Shown: one piece after another, positions 37,790 to 51,504 of the stretch
Position numbering within the stretch: the first letter of the stretch is position 1
Layout: the number at the start of each line of letters is the position of its first letter
Assembly: GCF_006345805.1 (NCBI RefSeq)
Contig: NC_043002.1
Coordinates: 53,940,001-54,004,000, forward strand
Reading direction: 5' to 3'
Source: Octopus sinensis
Taxonomy: Eukaryota
Length of the DNA: 64,000 nucleotides
Program-made: the position numbers and the translations under genes
Notes under the pieces: generated by a model
Database searches by the model: none
Told to the model about the DNA's origin: nothing
What the model saw: only the letters and a program-made list of their open reading frames with translations

Positions 37790-38321
37790 CAGGTTTCGAT
37801 AGACATGAATCGAGTTCTCAACTCCAGAAAAATGAAAGACAGCGATGACCTCAGCGGGATTCGAAATCAAAGTGCAGGAAATAGAAACAATTACCACAAG
37901 GCATCCAATCCCATGCTCTAACGATTCTGCTAATTTGGCATTTTGCCACAGTCATTACTTTTAATATTATGAAGTATCTGTCACAAATAGTAGCGCGTCA
38001 GATATAATACTGTACATTATTCAGTTACGTCCTCAGTTCAGATTTAATGAAGATCAATTTCGTCGATCAATTTGATGAGGTTGATGAAATAAAATAGCAA
38101 TCATACCCTGTGTTAATATAATCCTTTCTACGATAGGTAGAAGGCCTGGAATTTTGGGGAATACGACTAGCCAAGTGTATCGAGGCCAGTGCTTAACTGT
38201 TATTTATTTCATCGACATGATCCTCGAAAAGGTGAAAGGCATTTGAACTCAGAACATAAAAGCTGACAAAATCTCGCGAATCATATTGGCAGGGCGACTA
38301 ACGATTATGCCAGTCTGCCGC
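37790..38321 (-). mobile_element. Two degenerate SINE family 1 copies (~37790-37940 and ~38100-38321)
   Basis: Both end in ctaacgatt(c/a)tgc; the second has gaaaggc..atttgaactcagaa. Confidence 0.6.
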
Positions 38322-38352
38322 GTTACTGAATGAATATAATCGACTGTTTCAT

Positions 38353-38752
38353 GGCTGCGAGCTGGCAGAAACGTTAGCACGCCGGGCAAAATGCGTAGCC
38401 GTATTTCGTCTGCCGCTACCTTCTGAGTTCAAATTCCGCCGAGGTCGACATTGCCTTTCATCCTCTCGAGATCGATAAATTAAGTACAAGTTGCGCACTG
38501 GGGTCAATATAATCGACTTGAAATGTTTGTCTGTCCTTGTTTGTCCTCTCTGTGTTTAGCCCCTTGTGGGTACTTAAGAAATAGGTATTTCGTCTGCCGT
38601 TACGTTCTGAGTTCAAATTCCGCCGAGCTCTACTTTGCCTTTCATCCTTTCGAGGTCGATGAATTAAATACCGGTTGCGTACTGGTGTCGATCTAATCGA
38701 CTGGCCTCTTCCCCCAAAATTCCGGGCATTGTTCCTAGAATAGAAAAGAGTA
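38353..38752 (+). mobile_element. SINE family 1 tandem dimer; second unit lacks the head
   Basis: Head ggctgcgagctggcagaaacgttagc; junction aagaaata|ggtatttcgtctgcc at ~38584. Confidence 0.85.
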
Positions 38753-38977
38753 TAATCGAATGTTTCCTCTCACCAACAACAACAATGGAAATGTTATTCC
38801 AGAATTAGGAATCCTATTTACATTAACCGCTACAATGATTCCATCAAGTTTACCAATATCCTCGTCATTATCTTCATCATTCATATCTTCCTCCTCAGCC
38901 CCTACAACATTTATCGAAACTCCTACTATTGTTGCAACCGCTACAAAGTAAAATAAGATGAAATTAGAGTACAAAAT

Positions 38978-39895
38978 AGGCGCAGGTGTGGTTATGTGGT
39001 AAGAAGTTTGCTTCCCAGCCATATGGTTACCGCTTCTGTCCCACTGCCTGGCACCTTGGGCAAGTGTCGTCTACTAAAGCTTCGAACAGACCTTGTGAGT
39101 GGACTTGTTAGACGGAAATTGATAGAAGCTAATTGTATAAGTGTGTGCGTGTGTGTGAGTGGATTGGGAGTGAACACCACCCCGTGACAACCAGTATTGA
39201 TTTGATTACGCCCCCTACCTTAGCGGTCCAATACATGAGACCGATCGAATATGTAACGCACTTGAAAAATAAATATTGGGTTGTCTGATTTATAGTAGCT
39301 TAACTTTCGACTTATTTTAGAACATGGTTGAGTCTATAAAATAGGATTTGACTACACCTCCATTTAGAGCACAGTTTAAGATATCTTTTCGTGGAAGAAG
39401 GTGTATGTTCCTATTTCCTGTGCTAATTCTGTAACTCTTTAAAATGGAAGATAAGAAAGTTCATTTTCGGCACTTGCTGCTTTGGGAAACAGACAAAAAT
39501 TGCTGCAGCTCGGCTGGGATGTGTTGCCCCACCCTCAATATTCACCAGATATTACTCCTTCGGATTTCCACTTATTCAGGTCTCTGCAGAATAGTCTTAA
39601 TGATAAAAATTTCAATTCCTTGGATGACGTAAAAAGATACCTTGATGAATCCATTGCCACGAAACCACCTCAAGAGGGTATTTTCAAGTTAAAGGAAATA
39701 TGGAGATGCATTGTGCATCTGGTTAATTAAAAATGTAATGGCAAGTATTTATTGACCTTTTTCTTTCCTTTAAAAATCGGCACGAACTTTCCAGACAACC
39801 CAATACTTGTGTTGCCTCGTTCGACTAAAACAGCTGCAAGGCGGTTCCCGATCATAGCTGCAATCGAATGACTGGAACAAAAAGATGAAAGTACT
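38978..39895 (+). mobile_element. SINE family 3 interrupted by a mariner derivative
   Basis: Head and body at 38978-39273; the tail resumes at 39806 (gttcgactaa...gaatgactggaacaaaaagatgaaag). Confidence 0.75.
39276..39803 (+). mobile_element. Internally deleted mariner (mellifera-subfamily-like) with both TIRs and TA TSD
   Basis: TA|TTGGGTTGTCTG ... CAGACAACCCAA|TA. N-terminal MEDKKVHFRHLLLWE is fused to C-terminal RQKLLQLGWDVLPHPQYSPDITPSDFHLFRSLQNSL. Confidence 0.9.
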
Positions 39896-40572
39896 GTTAA
39901 CACCACTATCTCTGTCGCCACTGCGAAATCACATTACCACTAAGATGTTCAATGCAGCCAAAACTTGTTCAGTCAACATCCAATCACCATAGCAAGAACA
40001 ACGTAAATAATTTCGATGAATAAACTATCTATATAATAAGAACATTTGTCACAAGTAACATTCAGATAGACAGTGTCTCTTATTAGCATCTACTTCAACG
40101 ACCCAACGAGGGAGCCACTTCACGGCTGCTAGATTTGCTAGGAATACCTTGCAATATGCTTCAAATCATGCAGTAAAGGGAATGACAGCTGTCGATACAC
40201 CTGAAAAGATAGCGACAGACCTACTGGATCAGGTTTGACCCAGAGCTATATATACAACTCAAAAGGGCAAAATTTACTGCTGTTTTCAACTGGAGATAAT
40301 ATCACGCTGCTTTTTAAAAACAAACTGTGCTGGCAGTGAATACGTGTACTGACAACGCTCAACGAGGCAAAAATGCATATCCATGATTCTCCCCAACCAC
40401 AGCTGGAACATTTTCGACTGCTGCCAATATAGTATGTTCTTAGAAGCAGCGCGATATTATCACCGGGCCAATGCAGCAGTAAATTTGCATTTTCCTGATG
40501 TATTTACATTCAGTAAAATACACGGTTTACTACACTATATATGTTAATCAAATACTGCTTCTATTGCATATA

Positions 40573-40655
<83 letters not shown>

Positions 40656-42614
40656 GATGTGTGAATATGTGCATATATGAATGTATTTTGTGCCTGTATT
40701 TCAAAGGGCCAGCCTTGTCACGTTCTGTGTCACTGAATCTCTCCACGTTTTTATGGAGTGCTCAGCCACTCGCACGTTAATTTCACAAGCAAGCTGGAGC
40801 CCTCATAGTCGTAACCGACGGAATGCTTATATATACGAGAAATCATGATAAACACCAGCTGCTGTCATGTCTTCCCTATCTCCATTTCAATCTTGTGATT
40901 GCTTGGAGCCAAAGCATAGGATTTCCACACTTAATTACTACAGACATCTCAGTAACATAATGCAATAAAGTGTTCCATTGATGCTCTTCCTTGTGGCCAA
41001 ACATTCTATTGCACTCGAAATCTCCAATATTGTGATTCCAAACAAACACAAGGATGAAGTTTACATACAGAACACATGATATCAACAGATGTTTATCATA
41101 ATTTATCCTATTTTTGATATGTATACCGATATGAGTAATATTACTAATTATAGTGGTATCCTAAATACAATTCAAAGAGACTGGATGAAAATAATCTTCG
41201 TGGGGCTCTAATCTCAACAGTAGCAAGTTTCAAATGTAAAAGAATACGCAAGATATATACATGTGTGTGTGTATGTGTTTATATATTTACTACTGACGTA
41301 GTAAATATATAAGCAGGTTTAACTTAACTATTTTTCTGTAGATTGAAAAAAAAATGATGAAGACTTAATCGATTTCCGAACTTTATTATGTTCTTTCCAA
41401 ATGTTTCTGCATCAATTTCACAAATCTCAGAGACATAAGCAGACAATTGCAGTAGCTACAAAGAATTGGAGCTAGAAATTTGCATGCCGTAAGCATCAAC
41501 ACATTAATATCAGTTGGCTATCAACGGGGATATTAGTCCATATAGTATCAAGGTTTGGTATAATATGTCACCTATATAGTAGATATACAGAGATAGCTCA
41601 TTTTGTTATTTCTCCGTAGATTGAAATAATGATGAACAGCCCTAATTGATTTCAGGACCCTATTGGATTCTAATCAGACGTGTCTCTATCAATTTGACCA
41701 ATCCCAACAGATCGGTTTGCATACTCAACAATTTCAGAGAACAATGTTGAGTTCTGTGGTATTTGAACTTACATCGCGAATAAAAACACAGAAGAAAAAA
41801 AATTAATGCAAGGTATTTTTATTTCATCCAAATCCATAACGACTCTGCCATAATTATCACTATAAATACACTACCTCAATGAAAACAGGAAAGAAAAAAA
41901 GACGGCATGTTATAACTGAAATGTTTCCGATCATAGGTCAGCTCGAGCAGAGCTGAGCTAGAGATAAACAATTAACTACAGCCAACAGCACTATTACAGA
42001 GAGCTTGAGAAAACCTTTATCTGTGTGTTCTTTTAGTGTAAGACCAAGGCTACAATTACCTATTGTTAATGAATGGTATTTGTGTTATAACACACTGATA
42101 ATGGGTCCACACAAGAACATCAAAACGGTTATTATCGAATGCTCCGAACGGAAGTTGGCCGGATGGATGTACAGAAAGGTGATTCAGCTCGCAGAGATCA
42201 CGCATGATCTTCACTCAAATCATTTAATGGTCATTGTACTCTCAACTCTTGTTTCTCTCTTTCTATCTCTCCTTTCTCGCTCTCTCTCTTCTCCCCCCCT
42301 CTCTCTCTCTCGTTCGCTGTCTCTGTCACTGTATCTCTCTCTCTATCTGTTTGTCTCTGTTTATTTCTATCTGCATTTCTCTTTCATTGTACTTCTCTCA
42401 TTAAGTTGTTACAGCCTTCTTGGTTCCACGTGCTTCTCCATTTTTAATTTCTATGCATTTTATCCACCTTATTTCGTTAAGCTACGTTTACATTCATACA
42501 TATACAGTATACATATATTTACATGCACACATACACAAATTTATATATCCATATACATACATACATATATATATATATACACACACATAAATATACACAT
42601 ATACATATAGGCGA

Positions 42615-42694
42615 AAGAGTTATATTGCCACCAATGTCTACGTTATATATATATATATATAAATAATGTAGACATTGGTGGCAATATATCTCTT
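42615..42694. repeat. 31 bp inverted repeat with a (TA)n loop
   Basis: aagagttatattgccaccaatgtctacgtta / taatgtagacattggtggcaatatatctctt, 2 mismatches. Confidence 0.85.
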
Positions 42695-43031
42695 GTACTA
42701 CTGCATTTTTATAATATTTACAGAATATTCCTACAAATGTCTTTTTTCATCTGCTTAGTAAGAATTATCGAATACGCATTAGCAAAATCCATTATTTTTT
42801 GGTGAGAATTTCAGATTCTTTGTTTGAGTTATTGCTAGAATCTTGTGGTTTGTTCATTTTATTATGCATATTTGTCTATTAATTCTAACTTTTTGGTAGG
42901 TAACCGCAATTTGAATGAACAAACGTCAGAACCTACACTTAAAAAGGTTTCTAAAATATGTGAACACAATGTAGTCAGTGTATTTGCTTCCCGAATGCCT
43001 TTAGTTTATATCTGAATAGCCTTAGGGAGTC

Positions 43032-43034
<3 letters not shown>

Positions 43035-43115
<81 letters not shown>
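43035..43115. repeat. (CTAT)n microsatellite
   Basis: Direct inspection. Confidence 0.95.
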
Positions 43116-43149
43116 GCCTGTCTGCCTGTCGGCCTGTCTGTCCGCCTTG

Positions 43150-43275
43150 GAGGATTTTAGGCGAACAAATCGACTCCAGGACATATTTTTAAGCCTAGTA
43201 CTTATAGTATCAATATTTTTGCCGAACCGCTAGATCAAGCGCACATAAACACACCAACACCGGTTGTCTTGCGAT
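43150..43275 (-). mobile_element. SINE family 3, 3' part
   Basis: gaacaaatcgactccaggac..aagcctagtacttat..tttgccgaaccgcta is the reverse complement of the family 3 tail. Confidence 0.7.
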
Positions 43276-43383
43276 TATGAAGAGACAAATAGTGACACAT
43301 AAATACACACACATATATATATACATACATATATATATACACATATACATACATACATACATATATTTATATATATATATATT

Positions 43384-43428
<45 letters not shown>

Positions 43429-44344
43429 ATATATATATATGCAAAAAATAGAAAGATATATTTTTCAACATATAAATACTGAACAGTATCTAATAGGGAT
43501 AAAATCTTTTTAAGACCAGAAAAAATTTCCCGGCAGCCAGCCATGAGCATTTAACTCACACCCCTCCAATATCCGGCTGCAGTGCTCTACCCTTTAACCA
43601 AACCTGCCGACCGGCGAAGTCTTCTGCAATTTTTAGTAGTTATAAATCATCCAGAAACGCTAGATGTCATATATATTACGTCATGTGTGTCACGCTGAAT
43701 CTCCATGAGAACTACGCTTAAGGTTATGCGTGTCTGTGCTGTGTTCAGCCCACGAGTAGGCTTTTCCACAGATCGGATCAACCGGAACATTCGCCGATTT
43801 TACTGACGGAGTGCAAGTTAATATACAAAAAGCAACACAAATCACTGGAAAACAAGAAAAATGCTAGCTAACAATCTCAGATCACCAACCCGCGTAGTAA
43901 AAAGGCAGCCAGGATTTGCAATTTTGGAAATAGAGTACTACAATGATTCGTCCTTTCCCACGACCTTTTTAACATTTTCAAACCTCCTCAAAACATATAC
44001 GTGTCGTGATCTCCCGACTTGTAACAGGGCTGGTGATGTGTTATTGATTGAATTGAATATATAGCATTACTTATCTCTTAATTCGGAAGGTTATGGGCAC
44101 GTAAGTTTGCCGTTTATATTCCCTATCGATCTCACTAATGGAATAAACAACAACAAAAAAAGGAAATATATATATTTTTTTATGTTTATATCCCCATTTG
44201 AAATGGTTGATATGACTTTTCCAAGATGCAATTATATTAGTTGTGTTAAGGTACCCTCTTAGATCAATTCTCGTTCCGAACGCTTTCAAAAAGGACATCA
44301 GTGTTTATATATGCACACACACAAAAATGCACGCACACACACAT

Positions 44345-44540
<196 letters not shown>

Positions 44541-45589
44541 ATGTATAGAGCAATACGATAACGAATGCCGCGGGGTTTCAAATACAGTAATGAAGACAAC
44601 GGTAATGGAACCACCAGAGAATGCAAGTTATAGTAATGGCACTTAATGTATGATAAGTTGATTAAGCAATGTATAAAAAGATTCAGTAGAAGTTCGAAAT
44701 GTTTTTTCTCTTTTTATATTTGCTACTCACAGATATCAATAGAATTTTGATTTCACTTTGGCTCCTTCTTCTCTTCTAATATTCCATTCTTTCGCAATAC
44801 TAGGGTATGTAATGTAATTCACTGATCTACATTGAATTTTTCAATAAACGCTTTCAGATATCAGATTACGTAAGACAGAGCCTCGTGTTTAAAGAATCGA
44901 GTAATGTGAAGCACTTCGGTTAAACAGAGTTTGCATGATTCGTGTTTGTTTCATCACCACTAAATATATACAATCCATGTGTGTTTACAGTGTTTGATAA
45001 CTTTGCTTTGCGATTGTTTATGGTTTCAGTGATTACTACCAATTTTGTTCTGCCAGAAAATCGGAATAAAGCTTTTTGTTGTTTTATTTTGAAACGAATG
45101 AAAAGAATCATTTGTGCATTGAAAACCGAAATTTTAGAAACCAGGATATACATACTTACGAAAATGTTCCGACCATTCAAAGCTTTGAATATTGAATATT
45201 TACATAAAATTTTATATTATATGCAGTTCTATATGAATATATTTGGATAGGAATTCAATTTGTATTCTATCCTTGATTATTTATCAGAACTAAAGAATAT
45301 ATGACTGGTTACTGGCTGGTCCTAACTTTAACTCGTCGTTGCTAACCATTGACGCTAATACAGATGAGGAAAAATGTCGATTTTCTCACTGTCGATATAA
45401 TAAATTTTCACTTCTTTAGTTGGAAGAATATTTTCCAGAGCTTCAGAAATAAGAGGGTGGAAGAGAAGAAGATATGCACAGAGCAGCAAAGCGGCTGAAT
45501 GCTTGCTACAAAGCGGGGAGGATAAAGTTGTCGACAGAGCATATCTACTACATATTAATAAGAATGCTACCTAATAGGAGCTTCCACAC

Positions 45590-45722
45590 CTTTTTTTCTG
45601 TGAAGTAAATTCTTCGGCGACCTCCGGCCATGGTAGACGATATTTTCTAAAGGTGGCCCGCGATGAGATCGAAGTGAAAACCATGTAGTTGAAAAGTAAA
45701 CGTCTAAAAACACAGCCACACT
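45590..45722 (-). mobile_element. Degenerate SINE family 3 head
   Basis: ccggccatggtagacgat..tctaaaggtggcccgcgatgagatcgaa..aaaccatgtagttg. Confidence 0.45.
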
Positions 45723-45998
45723 TCTAGATATTGTCATTCTTCACTGCGTTTATCTGTTTTGTTTTCTTTTTTATGTTTTTTCAGTTGCATTTTCAAGCAA
45801 TATATTATGTTTTTCCACCGGCAAAACCTAGAATGAAAATTAGTATTTATTTTGGATAGCGTTCTTTGTACATTCACACAACTTATTAACAACCCAGGAA
45901 TGTATTGTGCAACATATTAGTACGTGTATTATGTGCATATGTGTGTTTTCTCCATAGACACATACACATACAAACATACACACGTGTATACATATATA

Positions 45999-46031
<33 letters not shown>

Positions 46032-46355
46032 CGTGTGCATTTCTGTATGTGTATGTGTCCATGGGTTTGTGTATTTATGATTCCTGTGTGTCTGAGTGCA
46101 TTTATGGCGTATTTGTGTGAGTGTGTGTGAACGTTCACGTGTGACATGTGTGAGTGTGTTTCTGTTGTAAATAGGGTACATATTTCCCTTCAAACATACT
46201 ACATAAAATTCACGACTATTTTCAAGTTAAATCTTTCTTTCCTTTATTCAGGATTTGTCATATTCCTTTATGTTATTATTGGAACTGTAACGTTCTTAAA
46301 TCCACTATGCTAACGTATTTAACTTCACAATCTCACTTTCAATATAACACTAGCC

Positions 46356-47712
46356 CAGTGGTTCCCAACCGATTTTGGGTTATGCCTCACCGAATCATTT
46401 CTAAACTCCTAATGCCCCCTTGTGATATTTAATTTTAATTATGCAAAATTTTACTACTATACACTTGGAGGAAGCTTAAAAGGCAATTAACTTTGTCTCT
46501 AAACAAGCTTCCAAAGAACATGGCATTCATGAAAAAGAAAAAGAAAAAAGGAAGGACAGTTAAATAAAATTTTAAAAACATATGAGAGAGAACTGAAATG
46601 TAGAATTATAAAATATTTTATTATAAAATAAGTAAACTGAAGTTATTGAGATTCTTGTGCTTCACGCCTGCTACAGAGAGATTTTATATTAGGCACCAAT
46701 TTAGTCAGTTTTAGTTTCAAGTCTCCTCGTTTAGCGTTGTCCAGTCAATTTCTTTTCTTCAATAACAGATCATTTACAGCACTAAAGCCACATTCAGCTA
46801 AATATGAAGATGGGGACGGTAACAACAATTTTCTTGCAATGTTGGTTGAATTTGAGTATTTGGTTTCTGTCTCATCACAAAGCCACGATATCACTCCTTT
46901 TATATTGAATAATGTTTTAACTGATCCATAATTTTGCATTTCCGAGAGTTCTTGGTATTGTATCAAAACATCAGATATATCTATTAGCATTGGCTGCATC
47001 ATCCATGTTGGAAAATCAATTTATTTTAAATCAGAAAACCTTTCTTTCTAATCAGAGGCCAATATTTTCAGATGATCCACAATGACAAGTTCAGCAACAT
47101 CGGTCACCTCACATTTTTTTAGCCAATGAAACTGGTCAAAAATTTTGTCAGAAATATTTTTTGACATACCTCAATGAATATAACAAAACCAAATACCTTC
47201 GTCTTTGCATCAACAAGAGTTTTATTTGATCCTTGAAGTTATTTATTTAACATATTCAGTTTTTCAAAGATAATAAATATTTTATCATCAACGGTTAGAA
47301 GGTGCACTTCATTTCAGGCTTGTCACTTTAAAAGTCACTAAGAACATAAAATAGTTCCATAAATATTTTCAAGCAAATTCCCCTTGAGAGCTACCTTAAT
47401 TCAGTTTGAGATAAAAGTCTCATATAGTCTTCATTTTCACAAAACCGCTTGAAAAGACGCTAACATTTGGCATTAGCTTTGATAGCATTGACACATTTTA
47501 TAACTGGTTTTAGTATCTCATTGAGAACACGAGACATATTTTTGGATGCTAAGTTCTCTCTATGAATAACACAGTGCACAAGAAGCGTTTCTGGATTCTC
47601 GTTTTTCATTAATTTTAAGCGGCCTTTTTTCTTGCCCATCATAACAGGAGCACCATCTGCAGCACCAAATATATTGTTCTCTATTGGTATATTGTTGACA
47701 TCCAAGTATTAG

Positions 47713-47758
<46 letters not shown>

Positions 47759-47830
47759 TGGCATATTGGTGGATTCTAATGACTTAAAGAAAATCATTTC
47801 TTCACCAAATTCAACTTTTAAGAATATAGC
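46356..47830 (-). mobile_element. hAT (Buster/Charlie-like) transposon relic, 3' half
   Basis: Terminal CAGTGGTTCCCAACC at 46356, preceded by the 8-mer cacTAgcc. ORF 47460-47705 has DGAPVMMG..HCVIHRENL. ORF 46745-47002 has LLLPSPSSYLAECGFSAVNDLLLKKRN (dimerization domain). Confidence 0.9.
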
Positions 47831-47914
47831 TTGCATAAAACTTTGACAAAACTTGGATATGTTTCGACCAAAGATTGATCTAGGCCATCTGATAGGATTA
47901 TCTAAATCCTTTTT

Positions 47915-48235
47915 AAGTAAAGCTTTGTGGTATCATAGTCCATTCGAGTAGGGAGTTCTTGTTGAATGAGTTGTATCCAGGTACAGGTGGCTTATCCGGT
48001 ATTCCTTGAAAAATTTGTCCAGATTTCGTTTAAAGGTGACGGGACCCTTTTCCTCTTTGATCTGTTTTGGGGACAATGTTACATAGGGGAGAGAAATTGT
48101 GTTGCAGTGTATTTATGTGTTGTGATCCTGAATTGGGTACGGGAAGTATCGCCCGCGGTCCTTGCCTTGGAAGAATTTTGAAGCTAATGTTGAGGTCGTT
48201 AGCAATACGACCTCGCTGCTCTCAGAGTTGATTCA
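47915..48235 (-). mobile_element. CR1/L2-type LINE 3' fragment
   Basis: Minus-strand remnants VPKQIKEEK.PVTFKRNLDKF..GIPDKPPVPGYNSFNKNSLLEW resemble CR1/L2 ORF2 C-termini. Confidence 0.6.
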
Positions 48236-48482
48236 TCTATTTGTAATGAGAATTTTCTTGATTTCAGCCTTTCAACAAGTTCACTCTTTTCCTCTATTCT
48301 TCTACTAACAGCATTGTCAAGGAGTGGTATGGCTTATTGATAAATCTTTTCAGTATCTTGGTGGTGTTAATACGGCTTCTCGGCTATTTTTTCAAATATT
48401 AAATTGGGACATAAAGGGTTTGTATTCCGAGAAATTAGAATATACCAGAAATATAATTGAATAATCAAAAATTATCTAATGA

Positions 48483-48710
48483 CTAGCTATTTTGACCCGT
48501 GCTTCGCTCGGGTTTTGTTGGTGATGGGAACCAAACGGTAGCCCCGAGGGACTTGCAACCCTCCTCACACCATTGCCCACCCCATTTTACCCCCAGTGTT
48601 AATTTTGGTGCCAATTCGACCCCATCTTCCGCCCCTTAAACCGTTCCCATCCCAAAATGAGACAAATACCCAAGAAATCAAACAACTTTTTCGCATTTCA
48701 GCTTAATAGA
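48483..48710 (-). mobile_element. Short complete non-autonomous Helitron
   Basis: Minus strand A|TCTATTAAG ... CTAG|T with hairpin acccgtgcttcgctcgggt (48495-48513) near the 3' end. Confidence 0.7.
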
Positions 48711-48728
48711 TATTGATTATATATATAC

Positions 48729-48764
<36 letters not shown>

Positions 48765-49244
48765 ATATATCTAATTAATGATATCTGTTATGATGTGTGG
48801 TGGTGGTGGTGATGGTGGTGGGCGATAATAATTCACCGTTCTAAAAGACCTGTGGAGGGAATATTTAAACTTTTCCGGCTGTCAACGCTTTCTGTCTATA
48901 GATACAGAGAGACGTACAGTGAGAGAGGTGGTGGGAGAAAGAGTGACAGAGAGACGGCGAAGGCTGAGAGGGTATGAGAGTGGAAGGTGTCAAACGTTGT
49001 TATAGAGAGAAATTGGAGGGAAGGAAGGAAAGAGAGAGATTGAGGAAGACAGGGTGATATTCGAAGAGAGAAACGACAAACACTTGTCATAGAGTGAAAA
49101 CAGCTAGAAAATGTTTTATCAAAATCGATTCATAGAAAAACGAGCAATCCTAAATTTCAGTCCTAAGCATGGTTCTGGGTGTACATGTGTGTGCCTATGT
49201 ATCTATATGTCTAAATGCATAAACACACACACACATACATACCA

Positions 49245-49345
49245 AGCTATAGTAAAAGACACTTCCCAAGGTACCACGCATCAGAACTGAACCCGGAACT
49301 ATGTGGTTAGGAAAGAAACTTGTTACTACATAACCACGTCTGCAT
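49245..49345 (-). mobile_element. SINE family 3 head
   Basis: tatagtaaaagacacttcccaaggtaccacgca..actgaacccggaactatgtggtt. Confidence 0.7.
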
Positions 49346-50271
49346 ATACACACACACACGAACATATGCTTGTTTGCATACACATACACATATATATATG
49401 TCTATGTATACACACATACATACATGCATATGTGTGTGTTGTGTGTGTGTATGTGTGTGTGTATGTCTGTTTGTGTGTGTGTGCGTGTGTTCTTACATTT
49501 ACGTGAATATATATATTTTGAATGTGTGTCTGTTTGAGAGACAAAAAGACAACCAATCATCAGAAATACAAACTCCAAACAAATATTTTCCCATTTCTCT
49601 TTACTTAATATTTCTTCCTATCCAATTTCGCCCTCCAAAGTCCCAAGATCTGCTAAGTAGGACAAGTGAAAGCATACTATCACTATTGCTATCACACCAC
49701 GTGACCCGAATTCGTGAAGCACTTTCCTTTAACAGCTGTCATTTTGTTTCATCAACTGTAGATCGATGCAGAAGTATAGACTGGCGCAATACATATATGA
49801 ACTACCACTTCATATGTCATGAGTTTTGCTTAGTCCGTAGGAGTTCCCTTTTTATTTTAGTGTATTATGATTTAAACTCATTTCCGGAGATTCTTTCTTG
49901 AGATAAACTTACAAAATTATTTATTTTTCCAATTTAATGCTATGGAACCGGAATTCAGTATCAATCTTATGCACCTGAAGGATTTACTTACATATTTTAT
50001 TTATGTCGATAGAACATCCGCTATCAAGGTATATATGATTCTCGGAGGTTTTTTTTTGTTACTTTGTTTAGACTGTACATATCTTAGTGTTGAAAAGTAT
50101 GTAACGAAAGATCAATATGAAACACAAAAACAATTGGTGTAGTAGATACTCTCGTCCTCCTCTCTTCCTCATTTTAGTCTTCTTTTCCTTCATCTTCTTC
50201 ATCACCCTCATCAGCACTTCTCTTCCTCCTCCTCCTTTTTCTTTGTCTTCTTTATTTATTATTATTGTTAT

Positions 50272-50706
50272 TTACCTTTAATCTGCATGTTTGTTACAAT
50301 CAGTTGCCGATACCCACCCAGTGTCCTAGGGAGATTGAAGGATAAGAGATGTTACAGTTTGACCAAAAGCTTGGGGAAGAGAAACGAAGTGACAGCAGCA
50401 GAGGTAGTAGCGAAATATCTTCATGTAATGCAACACGGAAATTTTAATTGATACAGTTTTCCTAAGAATGTGGGCAGTAACTGTCAGCACAATCTTTTGG
50501 ACTTCCTTGAGACATGGTTCTCCTGGGATGTTGGCTAGATGGTTCTGAGATCCTTTTTTCTCATACTACAATAACAGGAACATTTCTTGCTTTAAGATGC
50601 CACATCTTTTGTATTTCAATTTCTAGGTCCTTATATTTATTTAATTTGTCAAATTCCAGTGGGAACACTTACATCTATTAGTCTACAAGTAATTTTTCCT
50701 TGTCTT
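50272..50706 (-). mobile_element. R4/Dong-type LINE 3' fragment (restriction-like endonuclease C-terminus), copy 1
   Basis: CRLIDVSVP..FDKLNKYKDLEIEIQKMWHLKARNVPVIV...EVQKIVLTVTAHILRK; both ends abut (TAA)-type repeats. Confidence 0.8.
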
Positions 50707-50711
50707 AAAAT

Positions 50712-50736
50712 ATTATATTATTATTATTATTATTAT

Positions 50737-50799
<63 letters not shown>

Positions 50800-50825
50800 A
50801 GTAGTAGTATCATTATTATTATTAT
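50712..50825. repeat. (ATT)n/(AGT)n microsatellite between the two RLE LINEs
   Basis: Direct inspection. Confidence 0.95.
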
Positions 50826-51503
50826 CTCTTTATCACAGGTTTTGTTGGAGCTACTGGAGTCTTGCTTGCGTAGCGGGCTTACTACTGCAGCCTACAGTAC
50901 CATGCCATTCGTTCATTTCAGCTGTCTTATACTTTCCTGATAATTCTGGCCGTGCCAAGGCGACAAAACTTTTGAAACAGTTCTGCTGGGCACTCTTTTC
51001 CAATTGAGTTTATATTCCACTTGATGCTGCCTGATACTGTTCCTAAGGATCTAACAATAATTGGCACTATCTTCACCTTCTTCATTTTCCATAGCCGGGC
51101 TATTGCGTACTTAAGAAAGTTGTACCTATCTATCTTTTCGCCTTCCTTCATGACTATTCGTGGGCCAAAGTGGCATGCAACATCAACTATACAGCATATG
51201 TGGTGCACCTTATCCACCACCACTAGGCCCAGTCTGTTATGCTCTAAAACCTAATATGTTTGGATTGGGAAATCCCAGAGCATTTGCTGGTCTCAGTCTC
51301 TGCCACACTCTGCGGTCTGTGCTCATACTACGTCTTGCCTCTCACTAGTCCCCACTTTTCGCACAGTTTCCAGTGTAGCAGTTTCCAGTGTACCACTTTC
51401 GCTACCTGGTTATGTCGTCACAACTTGTAGTGGTTTGGGGCAAGTCTAGGGCATTCGTTCATGATATGGGCAATGGTTTCATCCATTCTATTGCAGATGC
51501 GAC
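50825..51503 (-). mobile_element. R4/Dong-type LINE 3' fragment (CCHC knuckle + RLE), copy 2
   Basis: RIC..MDETIAHIMNEC..LA..HYK..HNQVAKVVHWKL, then VVVDK..CCIVDVAC.F..RIVMKEGEKIDRY..LK..IARLWKMK..IVPIIV.SLGTV...LGTARIIRKV. Confidence 0.85.
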
Positions 51504-51504
51504 T

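Noticed and set aside
40876-41085. LINE fragment or exon (EISSAIECLATRKS in one minus frame)
   Set aside because: Resemblance to RTE linker sequence is too short to support by eye
42005-42610. 201 aa ORF
   Set aside because: TTG start, with most of the length from CT- and TA-rich low-complexity sequence
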